Assembly (NCBI GenBank): GCA_951406725.2
Contig: OX597819.1
Location: forward strand, 40,052,001-40,116,000
Source of the DNA: Octopus vulgaris
Lineage: Eukaryota
DNA length: 64,000 bases
Reading direction: 5' to 3'
This document shows, one piece after another, positions 14,709 through 27,265 of the stretch. The translations under genes were made by a program, and so were the position numbers. The stretch's first letter is position 1. The number at the start of each line of letters is the position of its first letter. The notes beneath the pieces were generated by a model. The model was not told where the DNA came from. It saw only the letters and a list, made by a program, of their open reading frames with translations, and made no database searches.

Positions 14709-17700
14709 ATTTTCACTTTCTCGTTTAAACTCGGTTGTATAAATACTCGCGGCCTGGGGTCGTATTGGAAGCAAGGCTACCTCCTTAACGACCTTAGGTC
14801 GCATCGTTTGGATGTAGTGGTAATTACCGAATCCAGACTGAGTGGGCTGCAGGCCTTTTCGCCCCTTCTAAACGGCTACGAGAAATACATTTCTCCCTGT
14901 CGACCTGGAGGGGGAGGAGGAGTGGCAGTGCTGGTCAGGAAAAACCTGGATTTAGAGATTAGAACTGTCTTTATAGATCCGGAAGGCAGGTTGGTCGTTT
15001 TGGATGTGACGCACAGCAGTGGTAAAGTGTTCAGGCTGGTCGCTGTCTATGCTCCCTGCGAAGGAAAAGCCGGGCAGAAAGAGTATTTCAAAAGCCTAGA
15101 GAATTTTCTTGGCACGTCGAACACGTTAGTATTGCTAGGTGACTTCAACATAATTTGCGATGCAAGCGTAGATTATGTTGGCTCGAGAAAGAATACGAGG
15201 GGATTACCTCACCTCAACGATATGCTAAGTCGTTTCGAATTGGCAGATAGATTCAGACTGGACCATCCAGACACTCCAGCGTGGACCTGGGCAAGAAACG
15301 ACGGGTCGTCCAGATCTTATATCGATAGAATCATAACTAGAAGGAAAGATAAGAAAATACTTAGCTGTCCATAACACCATATCGTAGGCTACAGCGATCA
15401 CAAATTAGTGACCTGTACGCTCGACATAGATGGCATGTGTAGACGAGGTACCGGTTACTGGAAGCTAAACAAGTCACTATTGGACTGTGAAGCCTACAGG
15501 AATCGGATTAAACAATTAGTAATGAGGGCGTTAACCGGATCCATTATCAACAATAAATGGTGGTACGCCCTGAAAAGAGCCATCAAATTTGAGTCAATTA
15601 GGTTTAGCAAAGAAATAGCTAGTGCTAGAAACAAAGTAGAAAAGGAACTAGTTAAGGCAATAGAGGAGGCAATGAGGTCAGGCAGTGCATCGAAAGTGTT
15701 AGCGGCGAGGTTAGCACTAGACCAACATCTCAAAGCTAAACATGAAGGGTGCATTGTCAGGGCTAAGATCCGTGCAATGAGACAGGAAGGGATCAACGCA
15801 GCCGGATGGGCCCGGGTGGTAGAAGGCCAGCGTGGCAACAACTCAACCATTCGATCCTTGACGGGCCCAAATGGTCGATTAGTAAACGAACCCGAGGAGA
15901 TGTGCAAGGTGTTTCATGATCATTTCGCCCAGCTATTCGGGAGGAGCGGCGGGCTGGAGCGCGGGGAGAAGCTCGCAGACTTCCTAGCCGGTTCGCCGCG
16001 TCTATCGGGGCCGGACGCGGAATCTTGTAAGGCGCCGATCACAGCCAAAGAAGTCGTGGATATGTTGGCAGACTGCGGCGGGGACAAGTCGCCGGGACTC
16101 GATGGTCTGCCTTACGAACTCTATAGTAGCATGCCAGACTTGTTTGGGCACCTACTTGCATGCGTGTACACCAACTGGCAGCAGAACGGGAGAATTCCTA
16201 AGTCTGTGAGCCGAGGGGTGGTAGCGCTGTTAAGAAAGGACCCAAACAAGGGGGATTTAATTGATAATTTCCGGCCTATCACCCTGCTTAACGCAGAGTT
16301 GAAGATCTTGGCCAAGGTCTTAGCAAAAAGGTTGGCGAGGGTCGTGGGTGAACTTGTTGGCGAGGCGCAAACTTGCGCCATCCCTGGAAGGACCATCCAC
16401 GACAATCTCCACTTTCTACGCTATGCCTTAGAAAGGGTAAATAGGATTCCTGGCAAGGGTGGGGCTATGGTCCACTTGGACCAATCGAAAGCGTTTGATA
16501 GGGTGGACCATCAGTATCTGGCGGCGGTCCTCGCGGCGGCTGGCTTCGGCCCGACCTTCCGCGGGTGGATCATCGCTTTATACAGCAACATCGAATCGGT
16601 AGTTCGGGTAAATGGTTTCCTTTCGGAGCCGTTCAGCATTGAACGTTCGGTACGTCAAGGGTGTCCTCTCTCCCCGCTTCTCTACGTTTTGGCCCTCGAG
16701 CCGTTGCTGAGGAGGTTGGAAACTATGAGAGGCACCCCGCAAGATCTAGGGTGCGGAAAGTCAGCTTCGGCGTATGCGGACGACATCACCGTCATCGTTT
16801 CCCGAGTCGAGCACCTACAGTGGGTGGGTGAGGCCTTAAGGGACTACGAAGCGGTTGCAGGAGCGAAAGTCAACCGGGATAAATCGGTCGGCTTGCAACT
16901 CGGCACATGGAGGGGCAAGTCGATGTCTTCCGACAGCGTCGTAGGGCGTTGGACGGAAGGACCGGTGAAAATGCTTGGGATCTGGTTAGGTCCAGATCTC
17001 CAGATAGAGAAGAACTGGAGCGAGGTGGCGAGAAAGGTGGCTCTCCTAACTCAGACATGGTCTGAGCGGAAACTATCCTTGAAAGGGAGGGCGGAGGTTG
17101 CAGAAGTGTTTATCGCCTCTGTAATCACTTACCGCCTAACCGTAATGCCTTGCCCCGATTCGTGGCTGAACAAACTGGAACGCATGCTCTTTCGCTTTTT
17201 GTGGAGGGGCAGCAGACCTCTTGTAAGGCGCTCTATTTGCTGCCAAAAGCCGCTGAAGGGTGGGTTAGGGATGCCGTGGCTAAAAATGCGCAGACATGCG
17301 CTCAGGCTTAGGCACCTCTGGATTTACCTGGACGGTGAGCAGGTGTGGTCTCCGTTTGTCAAGCTGTTATTTCCACAGTTCACATCGTTTAACGAACTGA
17401 ACCTATGGATCAAGTGTAGACCGAGGTTGGGCATGTGGCATGCAGAGTGCTATCAGGCACTCGTGCTTCTCTCCCAGTCGGGCAACGCCGGTGGCGGGGC
17501 TACTACCGCTTTCTTCTATAGAGGGTTAGTAGAGTTTAAGTGTGTCGACGTCCTAGGAGAAACTCTGGGCTTCGACGAAAATCAACTGGCCAGCCTGTTC
17601 CAAAGAACATTCGGTCCGGGGCCTATGGATAATTACCAAAAGTCCCTGGTCTGGCAATGTTACAGAGGAGCTTTACCGGTTCGAGATAAGCTCTTTAGAC

Positions 17701-18125
17701 ATGGGTGTGCACCTTCGCCGGTTTGTGCAAGATGTAAGAGGGACAGTAAAACTGTCCTGCACGCGATTGTGCAATGCCCCAAGGTGACTGAACTCTGGGC
17801 TTATGTCGAACACCTGCTGTCGCATTCGAGAAGAGTACAACTGTCGAGCGAATCTGTAATTAAGATAGTTCCGCCGACCTTCCTGAATAGGGAGGAGCGA
17901 GCCTGTTTTCTTTCGGTAGTTGCTATGGCGAAAGAAGTAGTGTGGAAGACGAGAGTAAAAGGAATTGCAACAGGCATGTTTATCTCCAGTCTCGAGCTAA
18001 TCGACTTTTTCGTTTTCCACATGAAACGGAAAATAAGGCTGGAGAAGAAATGCCTGTCGCAAAGTGTGTTTCGTAAAAGATGGAAGTCTATAGCAAGTAT
18101 GTTGCGAGTGAAAGAACCTGTTTAA
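14709..18125 (+). pseudogene. LINE ORF2: APE endonuclease, reverse transcriptase and C-terminal CCHC, with one premature TAA at 15372-15374
   Basis: One frame reads KLGCINTRGL, ITES, VAVYAP, LGDFN, SYIDR, *, YSDH, YWKLN, KSPGLDG, FRPITLLN, LDQSKAFDRV, SVRQGCPLSP, AYADD and CARCKRDSKTVLHAIVQC. There is no ATG ahead of the APE start. Confidence 0.93.
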
Positions 18126-18345
18126 TCGAGAATGTAAAAAAGGATAAAGCAAAGTCTTCAGTGTGAGTATGTGGTTTGTGGGGTCGACCGCGTCCTCCGC
18201 TTCATTTTTTGTTAATCACTCATTCTCATTTAATTGTATATATTTTAATTGTTTGTTTATTCATATGTTTCGTCTCATTCGATACCCTGACCCCAACGTT
18301 TGTTTTGTCCCCTCTTTTTCTCAACCTTATGGTGAATAAAGAAAT

Positions 18346-18420
<75 letters not shown>

Positions 18421-19178
18421 TTTTTCTAAAACATCACTCCTCTGCTAAAATTATATTCTTAACTCTCCTCTTCTATATCATCACTACCTTCAACTAACTT
18501 TTTTAACTACGTAATAAATATTACGCTCCCCCTACATCACGTCATGGACGCTTCTCGCTCACTCTTTTTCTCTCTCCATATTTTTTCTCACTCTTTTTCT
18601 TTCTCCCTTTCTGTCTCACTCTTCGCCTTATCCACTTTCTCTTTCTCCTTTTTCTTTCTCCTCTCTTTCCCTTCAACTAATCGCATGGAGACGTTACAAT
18701 TATATTCCTTCTACCTCATGTCATAAACGCTTCTGTCTCCCTCTTTTTTCCTCCTACCTCTATTTTCTCCCTCTTTTTTCTCCCTCTTTTTTCCTCCCTT
18801 TTTTCTCTCTTCCTCATTTTTTCTAATTAAGCGAAAGTGCTACCGACCAGCTATATAATTGAACAGTTGAGAAAAACTGAACGACCTAAAAATATTAATG
18901 CTCCTTTCGTCGGAACCATTTCTGGTTCTAACAAAGCAGAACACAGAAGGAATGGTATGTCCATGGGGGAGGGAGGAAAAGAGGAAAAGAACCAAGTAGA
19001 ATAGAAATATATAAATATATATGTGTGTATACGCACGCACACATATAAACATATAGTGTACATAAGCATATACATATATACACACATGCATGTGTGTATG
19101 TATATATATATATGTGTGGGCGTATATATATAGGTATATATGCATGCATATATATATATATATATATATTGTATATAT

Positions 19179-19500
19179 CACCGTGATTACCGTGACCGAC
19201 CAGGCTATCAGATATTGTTACACATCGTTACACATGTTGTTACACAATGCGCTTCGCATTGTTTTAGCCTTCAAATGATGCCACCCTGCTGGCTAAGCGA
19301 GCAGGCCAACAGTAGAAAGAGTGAGAGAAAGTTGTAGCGAAAGAGTACAGCAGGGATCGCCACCACTACTCTGCCGGAGCCTCGTGGAGCTTTAGGTGTT
19401 TTCGCTCAATAAACACTCACAACGCCCGGTCTGGGAATCGAAACCGCGATCCTACGACCGCGAGTCCGCTGCCCTAACCACTGGGCCATTGCGCCTCCAC
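19179..19500 (-). mobile_element. tRNA(Arg-like)-headed SINE, tail type B
   Basis: Same head as the 5847-6237 copy but a different tail; 13-bp TSD atattgtatatat at 19166-19178 and 19501-19513. Confidence 0.85.
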
Positions 19501-19905
19501 ATATTGTATATATATATATGTATGTATAAATGTGTGTATGCATGTATGTATGTATGCCGTGTCGTTTTCATCTCGGTCGTCTCCTAACAATGCACCGTAA
19601 GCTATGTAGAGGAGAATAAGAGAAAGACGAACCCTCGTACTGGGTATCACGTCTGCCAGTTGGTTTCAGTAATTGCCGGTCAGGTATCAATAAAGTACCT
19701 GGACTACACGATATCAGTGACTACTCGTTGTTCTTCTAAAGTTCCATTAAGAGTATGTCATGTCAAGTATCAAGTTTAGGTAAGCTGAAGGAAAGAGAGA
19801 GAAACTAGAGTGAATCGGTTAGAGCGGGACATTCGGATAAATTTGCTGTTAGATATACTTAAATGCATTTAACCTTGGCAGAATGATGGCTAGCTGGTAT
19901 GATAG

Positions 19906-20130
19906 GGTGGCAGAAACGTTAGCACGCCGGGCGAAATGCGTAGCCGTATTTCGTCTGCCGCTACGTTCTGAGTTCAAATTCCGCCGAGGTCGACATTGCC
20001 TTTCATCCTTTCGGGGTCAATTAAATAAGTACTAGTTGCGCACTGTGGTCGATGTAATCGACTTAATCCGTTTGTCTGTCCTTGTTTGTCCTCTCTGAGT
20101 TTTGCCCCTTGTGGGTAGTAAAGAAATAGG
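19906..20130 (+). mobile_element. Meta-domain-like tRNA SINE
   Basis: ggcagaaacgttagcacgccgggcgaaatg..gagttcaaattccgccgagg..tttcatcctttcggggtc. Confidence 0.85.
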
Positions 20131-21443
20131 TATGATGGGGTGTCAGACATCCAGGATATGTGATAACCAACCTGCCAATGGTTTTTGTCCTCTCCAATGG
20201 CATTGTGTAGCGTCTTGAGTGGAAAAAATTGCCAAATACTTGATGTCGAATGATACGCTACTCGATGCATTTTTCTGGCATTTGTCTTTTCTTGTATTAG
20301 TCATACTAGCTGTCCTACTTCTTCGTCTAAAAAACACTATTCTGTGATTCTGGGGTAACTACAAGACAGATATCTTCCTCCAGTCTACAAAGCAAAAGTC
20401 TTGCATTGCAAATACCATGCCAACGGCTTCCAAAAGAGTGATACCATGATAGTCGCCACGCAAATTTTTCACATTTGCCTTCGTCTAGCGATAACAGAAT
20501 TCCATTAGTCCAATATTGTGGAATCGGGGTCCCGTTCCAACTATTAATAGTGAAGTTGTTTATTTTGTTTATTGCTTCCTTTAAATTATCGCTTCCGACT
20601 TTCAGCAGTTTGACTAGGAGGCTATCTTGACCTGGTGCTTTGCCAGAATCAACCTGTTTGAAATAGACGAAATGACTGAGTCAAAACCTTGAAATCACAG
20701 TACTGTATTTCAAGTGATATATAAAAAAAAGCCATACCTAAACAGGGACTGGTGTCGCTAGTTAGATTGTTAAAAATATATATATTAATACTGCAGCTAT
20801 CGCTAATATATATCTTTTAACAAGCTAACTGGCTAATCGCGATATCAGTGCCTGTTCAGGAACGGATTTTCTGCATATCGCTAGCGAGAAGATGAGTCGC
20901 TGTTATATCTAGCGGCCGAACGTCCGTCACCGATGAAACTAAGATAGGTCGAAATCACGTGAACTGGTGGTCATAGCGCTCACGATATAAACAAAAAAGT
21001 GTATATTCTGCACCGAGGGCTTATATGAGAGTTTCTCTCTTGGTGTCTTCTGCAGTAAGGTTTCTTCTATCAGAGCATCCACGTTAAAATGAGAATACGT
21101 ATTACCTCTCCGTATTGATACTGCCTTTGTCTCTTTTACATGCATGCATGCATGCATCCATCCATCCATCCATCCATCCATCCATCCATCCACCCATACA
21201 TACATACATACATACATACATACATACATACATACATACATACATACATACATACATACATACATACATGTATTTGAATTTGCATACAAACAAACACAGA
21301 CAATGAGCAGGAAAATACCATTTTCTGTAATTTGTTTTTATTTTATATTTTGCCATGCGACCATATTGTCCACCGTTAGTGGATGTATAGATATATGTCT
21401 GGCGTTTATCGACTTAAAGCGGATTCTGTTCCGTTGTAACTAT

Positions 21444-21479
<36 letters not shown>

Positions 21480-21911
21480 GAAATGAAGAAAATGCTGACA
21501 AAATAATTTAAGTAAGGGAGAGTGTATTTAAATAGGTGAAAGTTCTTTTTACCGGTTGCGCATTTCTTATGCTTATCAAAAGATATTTTTAAAGAGAGAT
21601 AGAGTTCCTTTCTGATAGATTTTTTTCTCTTATCTGACTTTATGTTGGGTTTGCTGTCTCTTATATGTGAAAAAAGAGGTTCCAGAGTTGTTTAAGATTT
21701 GCTTGGTTTCGCGCCTAAAATTTCTTGTGGACAATGGTCAATACAATTTTGATTGGTCATTATAAAGGGGTCACGTGAATGTTTGAATGGAAGTTGGTGT
21801 TGGGGTAAGAAAATAGGCTCCAAAGATGTTAAAATTTGGCTAGTGTCGCGCCTAAAATTTCTTATTGGTCATAATAAAGAGGTCACGTGGATGTGGTCAT
21901 AATAGAGAGGT
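19990..21911 (-). repeat. Left arm of a ~1.9-kb inverted duplication (partner 23759-25711)
   Basis: Reverse-complement identity across SINE, RTE fragment, unique DNA, microsatellites and the Penelope terminus, with only scattered substitutions. Confidence 0.93.
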
Positions 21912-22652
21912 CACGTGAATGTTTAGAATGAATTTTGGTGTGGGTGGTGTATGGAGTTTTCGAAAATAGCGTTGTTGAAAATTCTTATTGTTCAGGCTGG
22001 TCAGTAGACGTCATGTGGATATTTTAAATAGCTTTTTAGCGCGTAGTTAAGGAGTGTATTTTCCGCTTGACTGAATTTGAGCTGAATAAGTAAGTTCGTT
22101 TAGGACAGGAAGAGCTATATGTATGTATGTGCGCGCGCGCGCGAGCGTGTGTGTGTGTGTTTATATGTATGTTGGGGCGCGCGCGCGTGTATATATGTGT
22201 GCGTGTGTAGGTACAATTTTCAATATTTATAGTTCTGCTGGCCTTGTGCCTGTATCGGGAAGCAACGTGTTTGTGTGAAGTCAATATTTACAGTCATTTC
22301 CAAAAAATAGTGTTGAATGTTTTGCACCCGTATCAAATTATGTGTATGTGTGGAACCATATATTTGCGTGTGTCATGGTGTTAATATCTGGGTAAAAGTG
22401 TGTGTAGGGTGTGTGCAGGTGTAAGTGTGTTTGTTGTGGGTTCGTGTTAGGGGGATGTGTTTAGAAGTGGTCTGTATTTATTAATAAGGTGGGATTCCAT
22501 GGTTATTCGCTGGGTATGAGTGGCATTGTCTTTAAATTTGTAGAGGGGAAAGATTCTAAAATTGGGATGAAGTTGTGCGGCACAGGTATCAATATGTGCA
22601 CTAAGTGCTATTTTTCTGTATTCCTGTATTTTTATTTGGGATCTGTGGATCT
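21477..22652 (-). mobile_element. Penelope-like element 3' end (GIY-YIG C-terminus and pseudo-LTR), inverted
   Basis: Minus strand IHRSQIKIQEYRKIALSAHIDTC..FRIFPLYKFKD..RITMESHLINKYRPLLN is homologous to 5570-5765; it ends in (TA)n. Confidence 0.82.
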
Positions 22653-24190
22653 GAGGAAAGAGTCAAAACAATCGATGAAGAGATCCTCCTCGTAATAAAT
22701 AGCAAGGCCGAAAGCCTACACATAGAGAAGATCTCCAAGTTATGGAAAGATGACTGCAATAAAGAGGAACTAAAATCCCTACAACGCTGGGAAAAAAGTG
22801 CCGCCTGGTTCCTAAACTATGAATCGACTTTCAAAACGGATTACTTTTCCAATAACCCGTTCATAAAAATGGGAAAACCAGGAACCCAACCACACAACTA
22901 CTCCGCCAACCCTCCAACCTCGAACAAAAGAAGGAAACAGCATATTGAAGATGTACCTTCTTACCCCACGTCCATAAGGAGGAACAAGAACCCTGGAAAC
23001 CCTCACCACCAGAATTACATTAACGAATTTCCCTTTTCAAGGAGACACTATACACAACAACTCAACAACTACTCGAATACCTTATTAACAAATAAAAGAG
23101 GATTCCACTACCAGGATAGACACAACAACATCCACACCACGAGGGGACAACAAGGTAATTTTCACTTTCTCAACTCTCACAATACACAACAAGCCCATAC
23201 CACTTGATACAAGCACCCACGTAGGCCACTCATATCACCACAATCCATCACGACACAAAGAAACACACACCAACACCCGCAATACAGGAACACCCCATTC
23301 TATCCACAACCACGAACCCGAACCATATTTCACAACAAGGAATATAACAAACACACAGGACCTCTTAACACCAACAGACAACCCCTCTACCCCAACCATT
23401 TTTTAGACACAGCACACAGATACAGGCAAACAAAATAACACAGGACAGGGAAGAGAAACAGAAACTAATTAAAGTCATCAATTTAACCAATACAGAACCC
23501 AACCCCAACCTTCTCAACTTACTCTCCAAAGGTCTTAAATTCACAACCCCCCCCCACGTCCAAACTACTACGAAATGAAGGAAGACATTACAGAATTTTG
23601 TAGAAAATTGCAACTTAGTGAGGAACTATTCGACCAGCACAATGAGGATGAGTCACTAGCTAGAAATAAAAGCAACTACACCCCACCAAAAGGTAGAAAT
23701 AAAATCCTAGACGAATTCTGTGAGCACATTACAAACTTCCCCACCAACACTTACACAAACCTCTCTATTATGACCACATCCACGTGACCTCTTTATTATG
23801 ACCAATAAGAAATTTTAGGCGCGACACTAGCCAAATTTTAACATCTCTGGAGCCTATTTTCTTACCCCAACACCAACTTCCATTCAAACATTCACGTGAC
23901 CCCTTTATAATGACCAATCAAAATTGTATTGACCATTGTCCACAAGAAATTTTAGGCGCGAAACCAAGCAAATCTTAAACAACTCTGGAACCTCTTTTTT
24001 CACATATAAGAGACAGCAAACCCAACATAAAGTCAGATAAGAGAAAAAAATCTATCAGAAAGGAACTCTATCTCTCTTTAAAAATATCTTTTGATAAGCA
24101 TAAGAAATGCGCAACCGGTAAAAAGAACTTTCACCTATTTAAATACACTCTCCCTTACTTAAATTATTTTGTCAGCATTTTCTTCATTTC

Positions 24191-24193
<3 letters not shown>
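22653..24193 (+). mobile_element. Penelope-like element: N-terminal ORF fragment joined directly to the pseudo-LTR
   Basis: VINLTN..LLNLLSKGLKFTTP..EDITEFCRKLQLSEELF..KSNYTPPKGRNKILDEF resembles the pre-RT region of Penelope ORFs. It jumps at 23759 into the pLTR and ends in (TA)n. Confidence 0.75.
24087..24126 (+). ncRNA. Variant or degenerate minimal hammerhead ribozyme in the Penelope pLTR (mirror copy at ~21544-21583, minus strand)
   Basis: UUGAUAA-GCAU(aagaa)AUGC-GCAAC-CG-GUA: U3/A8 in place of C3/G8, C at position 13, palindromic ACCGGU stem III and a weak stem I. Confidence 0.45.
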
Positions 24194-24258
<65 letters not shown>

Positions 24259-25029
24259 ATAGTTACAACGGAACAGAATCCGCTTTAAGTCGATAAACGC
24301 CAGACATATATCTATACATCCACTAACGGTGGACAATATGGTCGCATGGCAAAATATAAAATAAAAACAAATTACAGAAAATGGTATTTTCCTGCTCACT
24401 GTCTGTGTTTGTTTGTATGCAAATTCAAATACATGTATGTATGTATGTATGTATGTATGTATGTATGTATGTATGTATGTATGTATGTATGTATGTATGT
24501 ATGTATGTATGTATGTGGATGGATGGATGGATGGATGGATGGATGCATGCATGCATGCATGTAAAAAAGACAAAGGCAGTATCAATACGGAGAGGTAATA
24601 CTTATTCTCATTTAAACGTGGATGCTCTGATAGAAGAAACCTTACTGCAGAAGACACCAAGAGAGAAACTCTCATATAAGCCCTCGGTGCAGAATATACA
24701 CTTTTTTGTTTATATCGTGAGCGCTATGACCACCAGTTCATGTGATTTCGACCTATCTTAGTTTCATCGGTGACGGACGTTCGGCCGCTAGATATAACAG
24801 CGACTCATCTTCTCGCTAGCGATATGCAGAAAATCCGTTCCTGAACAGGCACTGATATCGCGATTAGCCAGTTAGCTTGTTAAAAGATATATATTAGCGA
24901 TAGCTGCAGTATTAATATATATATTATTAACAATCTAACTAGCGACACCAGTCCCTGTTTAGGTATGGCTTTTTTTATATATATCACTTGAAATACAGTA
25001 CTGTGATTTCAAGGTTTTGGCTCAGTCAT

Positions 25030-25540
25030 TTCGTCTATTTCAAACAGGTTGATTCTGGCAAAGCATCAGGTCAAGATAGCCTCCCAATCAAACTGCTGAA
25101 AGTCGGAAGCGATAATTTAAAGGAAGCAATAAACAAAATAAACAACTTCACTATTAATAGTTGGAACGGGACCCCGATTCCACAATATTGGACTAATGGA
25201 ATTCTGTTATCGCTAGACGAAGGCAAAGGTGAAAAATTTGCGTGGCGACTATCATGGTATCACTCTTTTGGAAGCTGTTGGCATGGTATTTGCAATGCAA
25301 GATTTTTGCTTTGTAGACTGGAGGAAGATATCTGTCTTGTAGTTACCCCAGAATCACAGAGTAGTGTTTTTTAGACGAAGAAGTAGGACAGCTAGTATGA
25401 CTAATACAAGAAAAGACAAATGCCAGAAAAATGCATCGAGTAGCGTATCATTCGACATCAAGTATTTGGCAATTTTTTTCCACTCAAGACGCTACACAAT
25501 GCCATTGGAGAGGACAAAAACCATTGGCAGGTTGGTTATC
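25030..25540 (+). pseudogene. Old RTE-like LINE reverse transcriptase fragment (mirror at ~20165-20670)
   Basis: KQVDSGKASGQDSLPIKLLKVG..IPQYWTNGILLSL..KGEK, then frameshifted YHGITLLEAVG and PESQS.F motifs. Confidence 0.6.
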
Positions 25541-25794
25541 ACATATCCTGGATGTCTGACACCCCATCATACCTATTTCTTTACTACCCACAAGATGCTA
25601 AACACAGAGAGGACAAACAAGGACAGACAAACGGATTAAGTCGATTACATCGACCCCAGTGCGCAACTGGTACTTATTTAATCGACCCCGAAAGGATGAA
25701 AGGCAAAGTCGTCCCCTCTATGTTTAGCCCCTTGTGGGCAATAAAGAAATAAATATCTATATATGCATGTATATGTATGTCTTGGAGCTCTCTC

Positions 25795-25833
<39 letters not shown>

Positions 25834-26079
25834 GCATATATATGTACACACACATACACACACGTGTTGCACTCCAGAAGTTTTGAAATCTTTTTGGGGG
25901 AGTGGTTATAACTGTCGTACATTACTGTAATTTTAGCATATCATTATCATACATCTACTAAGCTGATTTGCCAAGTTTTCTTATTCCAGATTGGAGGAAG
26001 GCTGCTGTAGTAGTACTTTGAGCACACTCTACTAGACACCGTCTGTCACAGGTAACTAGCCTGCTGAATGCAGTCAGGA

Positions 26080-26660
26080 CGTGAAGACAATTTGAAGCCC
26101 GTTATGCAATAACGTTTTGTGTTAAACTGGATAGAAACGCTACACCAACTTATCAAATGCTCTAGACGGCTTGTAGATTAACTTATATGAGACGAGCATC
26201 TGTTTTTTGCTGGTACAAGAGACCAGGCAAATCAAGTCCATCGTAATAATCCCCTTTTTTTGACAGCATGGGCATCATCTACATCCACTGGGGGTTCCCT
26301 CTGGCTCATGGTCAATAAATGTTATTTATGGAGGTTTTGTGGGACCTCAGGAAGAGATTTACTCGCAAAAAGCCAGAGAACTTGCAACAGGGTAACGCAA
26401 CAGTCCATCCTGGTAATCAACCACTTGACAGAGATGAGCATCAAAATTGTCCTTTATCCTCCCTACAGTCCAGACCTTGCTCCCTTTGAATTTTGGTTGT
26501 TCCCTAAGCTGAAGGAGATAAAGTAGGCTGCGACAACGGCCTTGGACATTTTCAATTTGGACCACTTCTATGAGGCCTGCACGAAGAGGTTTGATCGCAA
26601 CAAAAAGAGCATTGAAGTTGGAAAATCCAACTTTGAATGACATTAGAGTTTTGTCTATAG
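26080..26660 (+). mobile_element. Decayed mariner transposase fragment
   Basis: RYAITFCVKL..TYQML (N-terminal HTH region) and PPYSPDLAPFEFWLFPKLK (YSPDLAP motif). Confidence 0.75.
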
Positions 26661-26932
26661 AAATGAAGCTTTAAGTGTCCGGACATACCAACAACAATTC
26701 AGTCTCAATCAGAAAATCTTTCTCTCGTAGATTTCACTCGATTTGGACAACCAAGTTCTGTCGATACTGAGTTTCTTAAAATCTAAAGCAAACTTTATTT
26801 AGAGGGAAAAGAGTTTATCAATTTAGAAGAGATAAATGATACTAAGTGTTTCTTTACTTCCAAACCTGAAGAATTTTACGCCCAAGAGATCGGCAATTAA
26901 ATGGCATTATGTTATCAATAATGAGAGAAAAT

Positions 26933-27140
26933 ATTGGTTTCAAATTCTCGCACAAGGGAAGCAGTTTTGCGGGAAGGGTCAATTCGATTAAATCGACCAC
27001 AGTCCTCAACTGGTACTTATTTTATCGAACCTGAAAGGATGAAAGACAAAGTCGACCTCGGTGGAATTTGAATTCAGAACGTAGAGACGGATGAAATGCC
27101 GCTGAGCATCTTGCCCAGCATGTTAATGATTCTGCTTGCT
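26933..27140 (-). mobile_element. Meta-domain-like SINE, diverged
   Basis: ctggtacttattttatcg..gaaaggatgaaagacaaagtcgacctcgg. Confidence 0.75.
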
Positions 27141-27265
27141 CACCGTCTTAAATTATGGAAAATATTACCTTGATTATGTGTAATAATTAAACCAAAGACG
27201 TATTTGCTTCTTTCCCATCTTGAAATGCGACAGGGCTTTCTTTTTAACTTCATATATATATATAG

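Larger units (their letters stand above)
12907..18345 (+). mobile_element. Near full-length Tx1/L1-clade LINE inserted in a (TC)n microsatellite
   Basis: Two long ORFs (gag-like, then APE-RT); 3' AATAAA at ~18336; (TC)n runs directly abut both ends (about 12855-12906 and 18346-18418). Confidence 0.92.
23759..25711 (+). repeat. Right arm of the ~1.9-kb inverted duplication
   Basis: Reverse complement of 19990-21911. It ends inside an inverted SINE fused to a forward SINE tail (25712-25752). Confidence 0.93.

Noticed and set aside
15372-15374. Programmed read-through of the ORF2 TAA by the tRNA-Tyr(ATA)
   Set aside because: The element has other lesions in ORF1, so a simple nonsense mutation is more parsimonious; co-occurrence in one window is not evidence.
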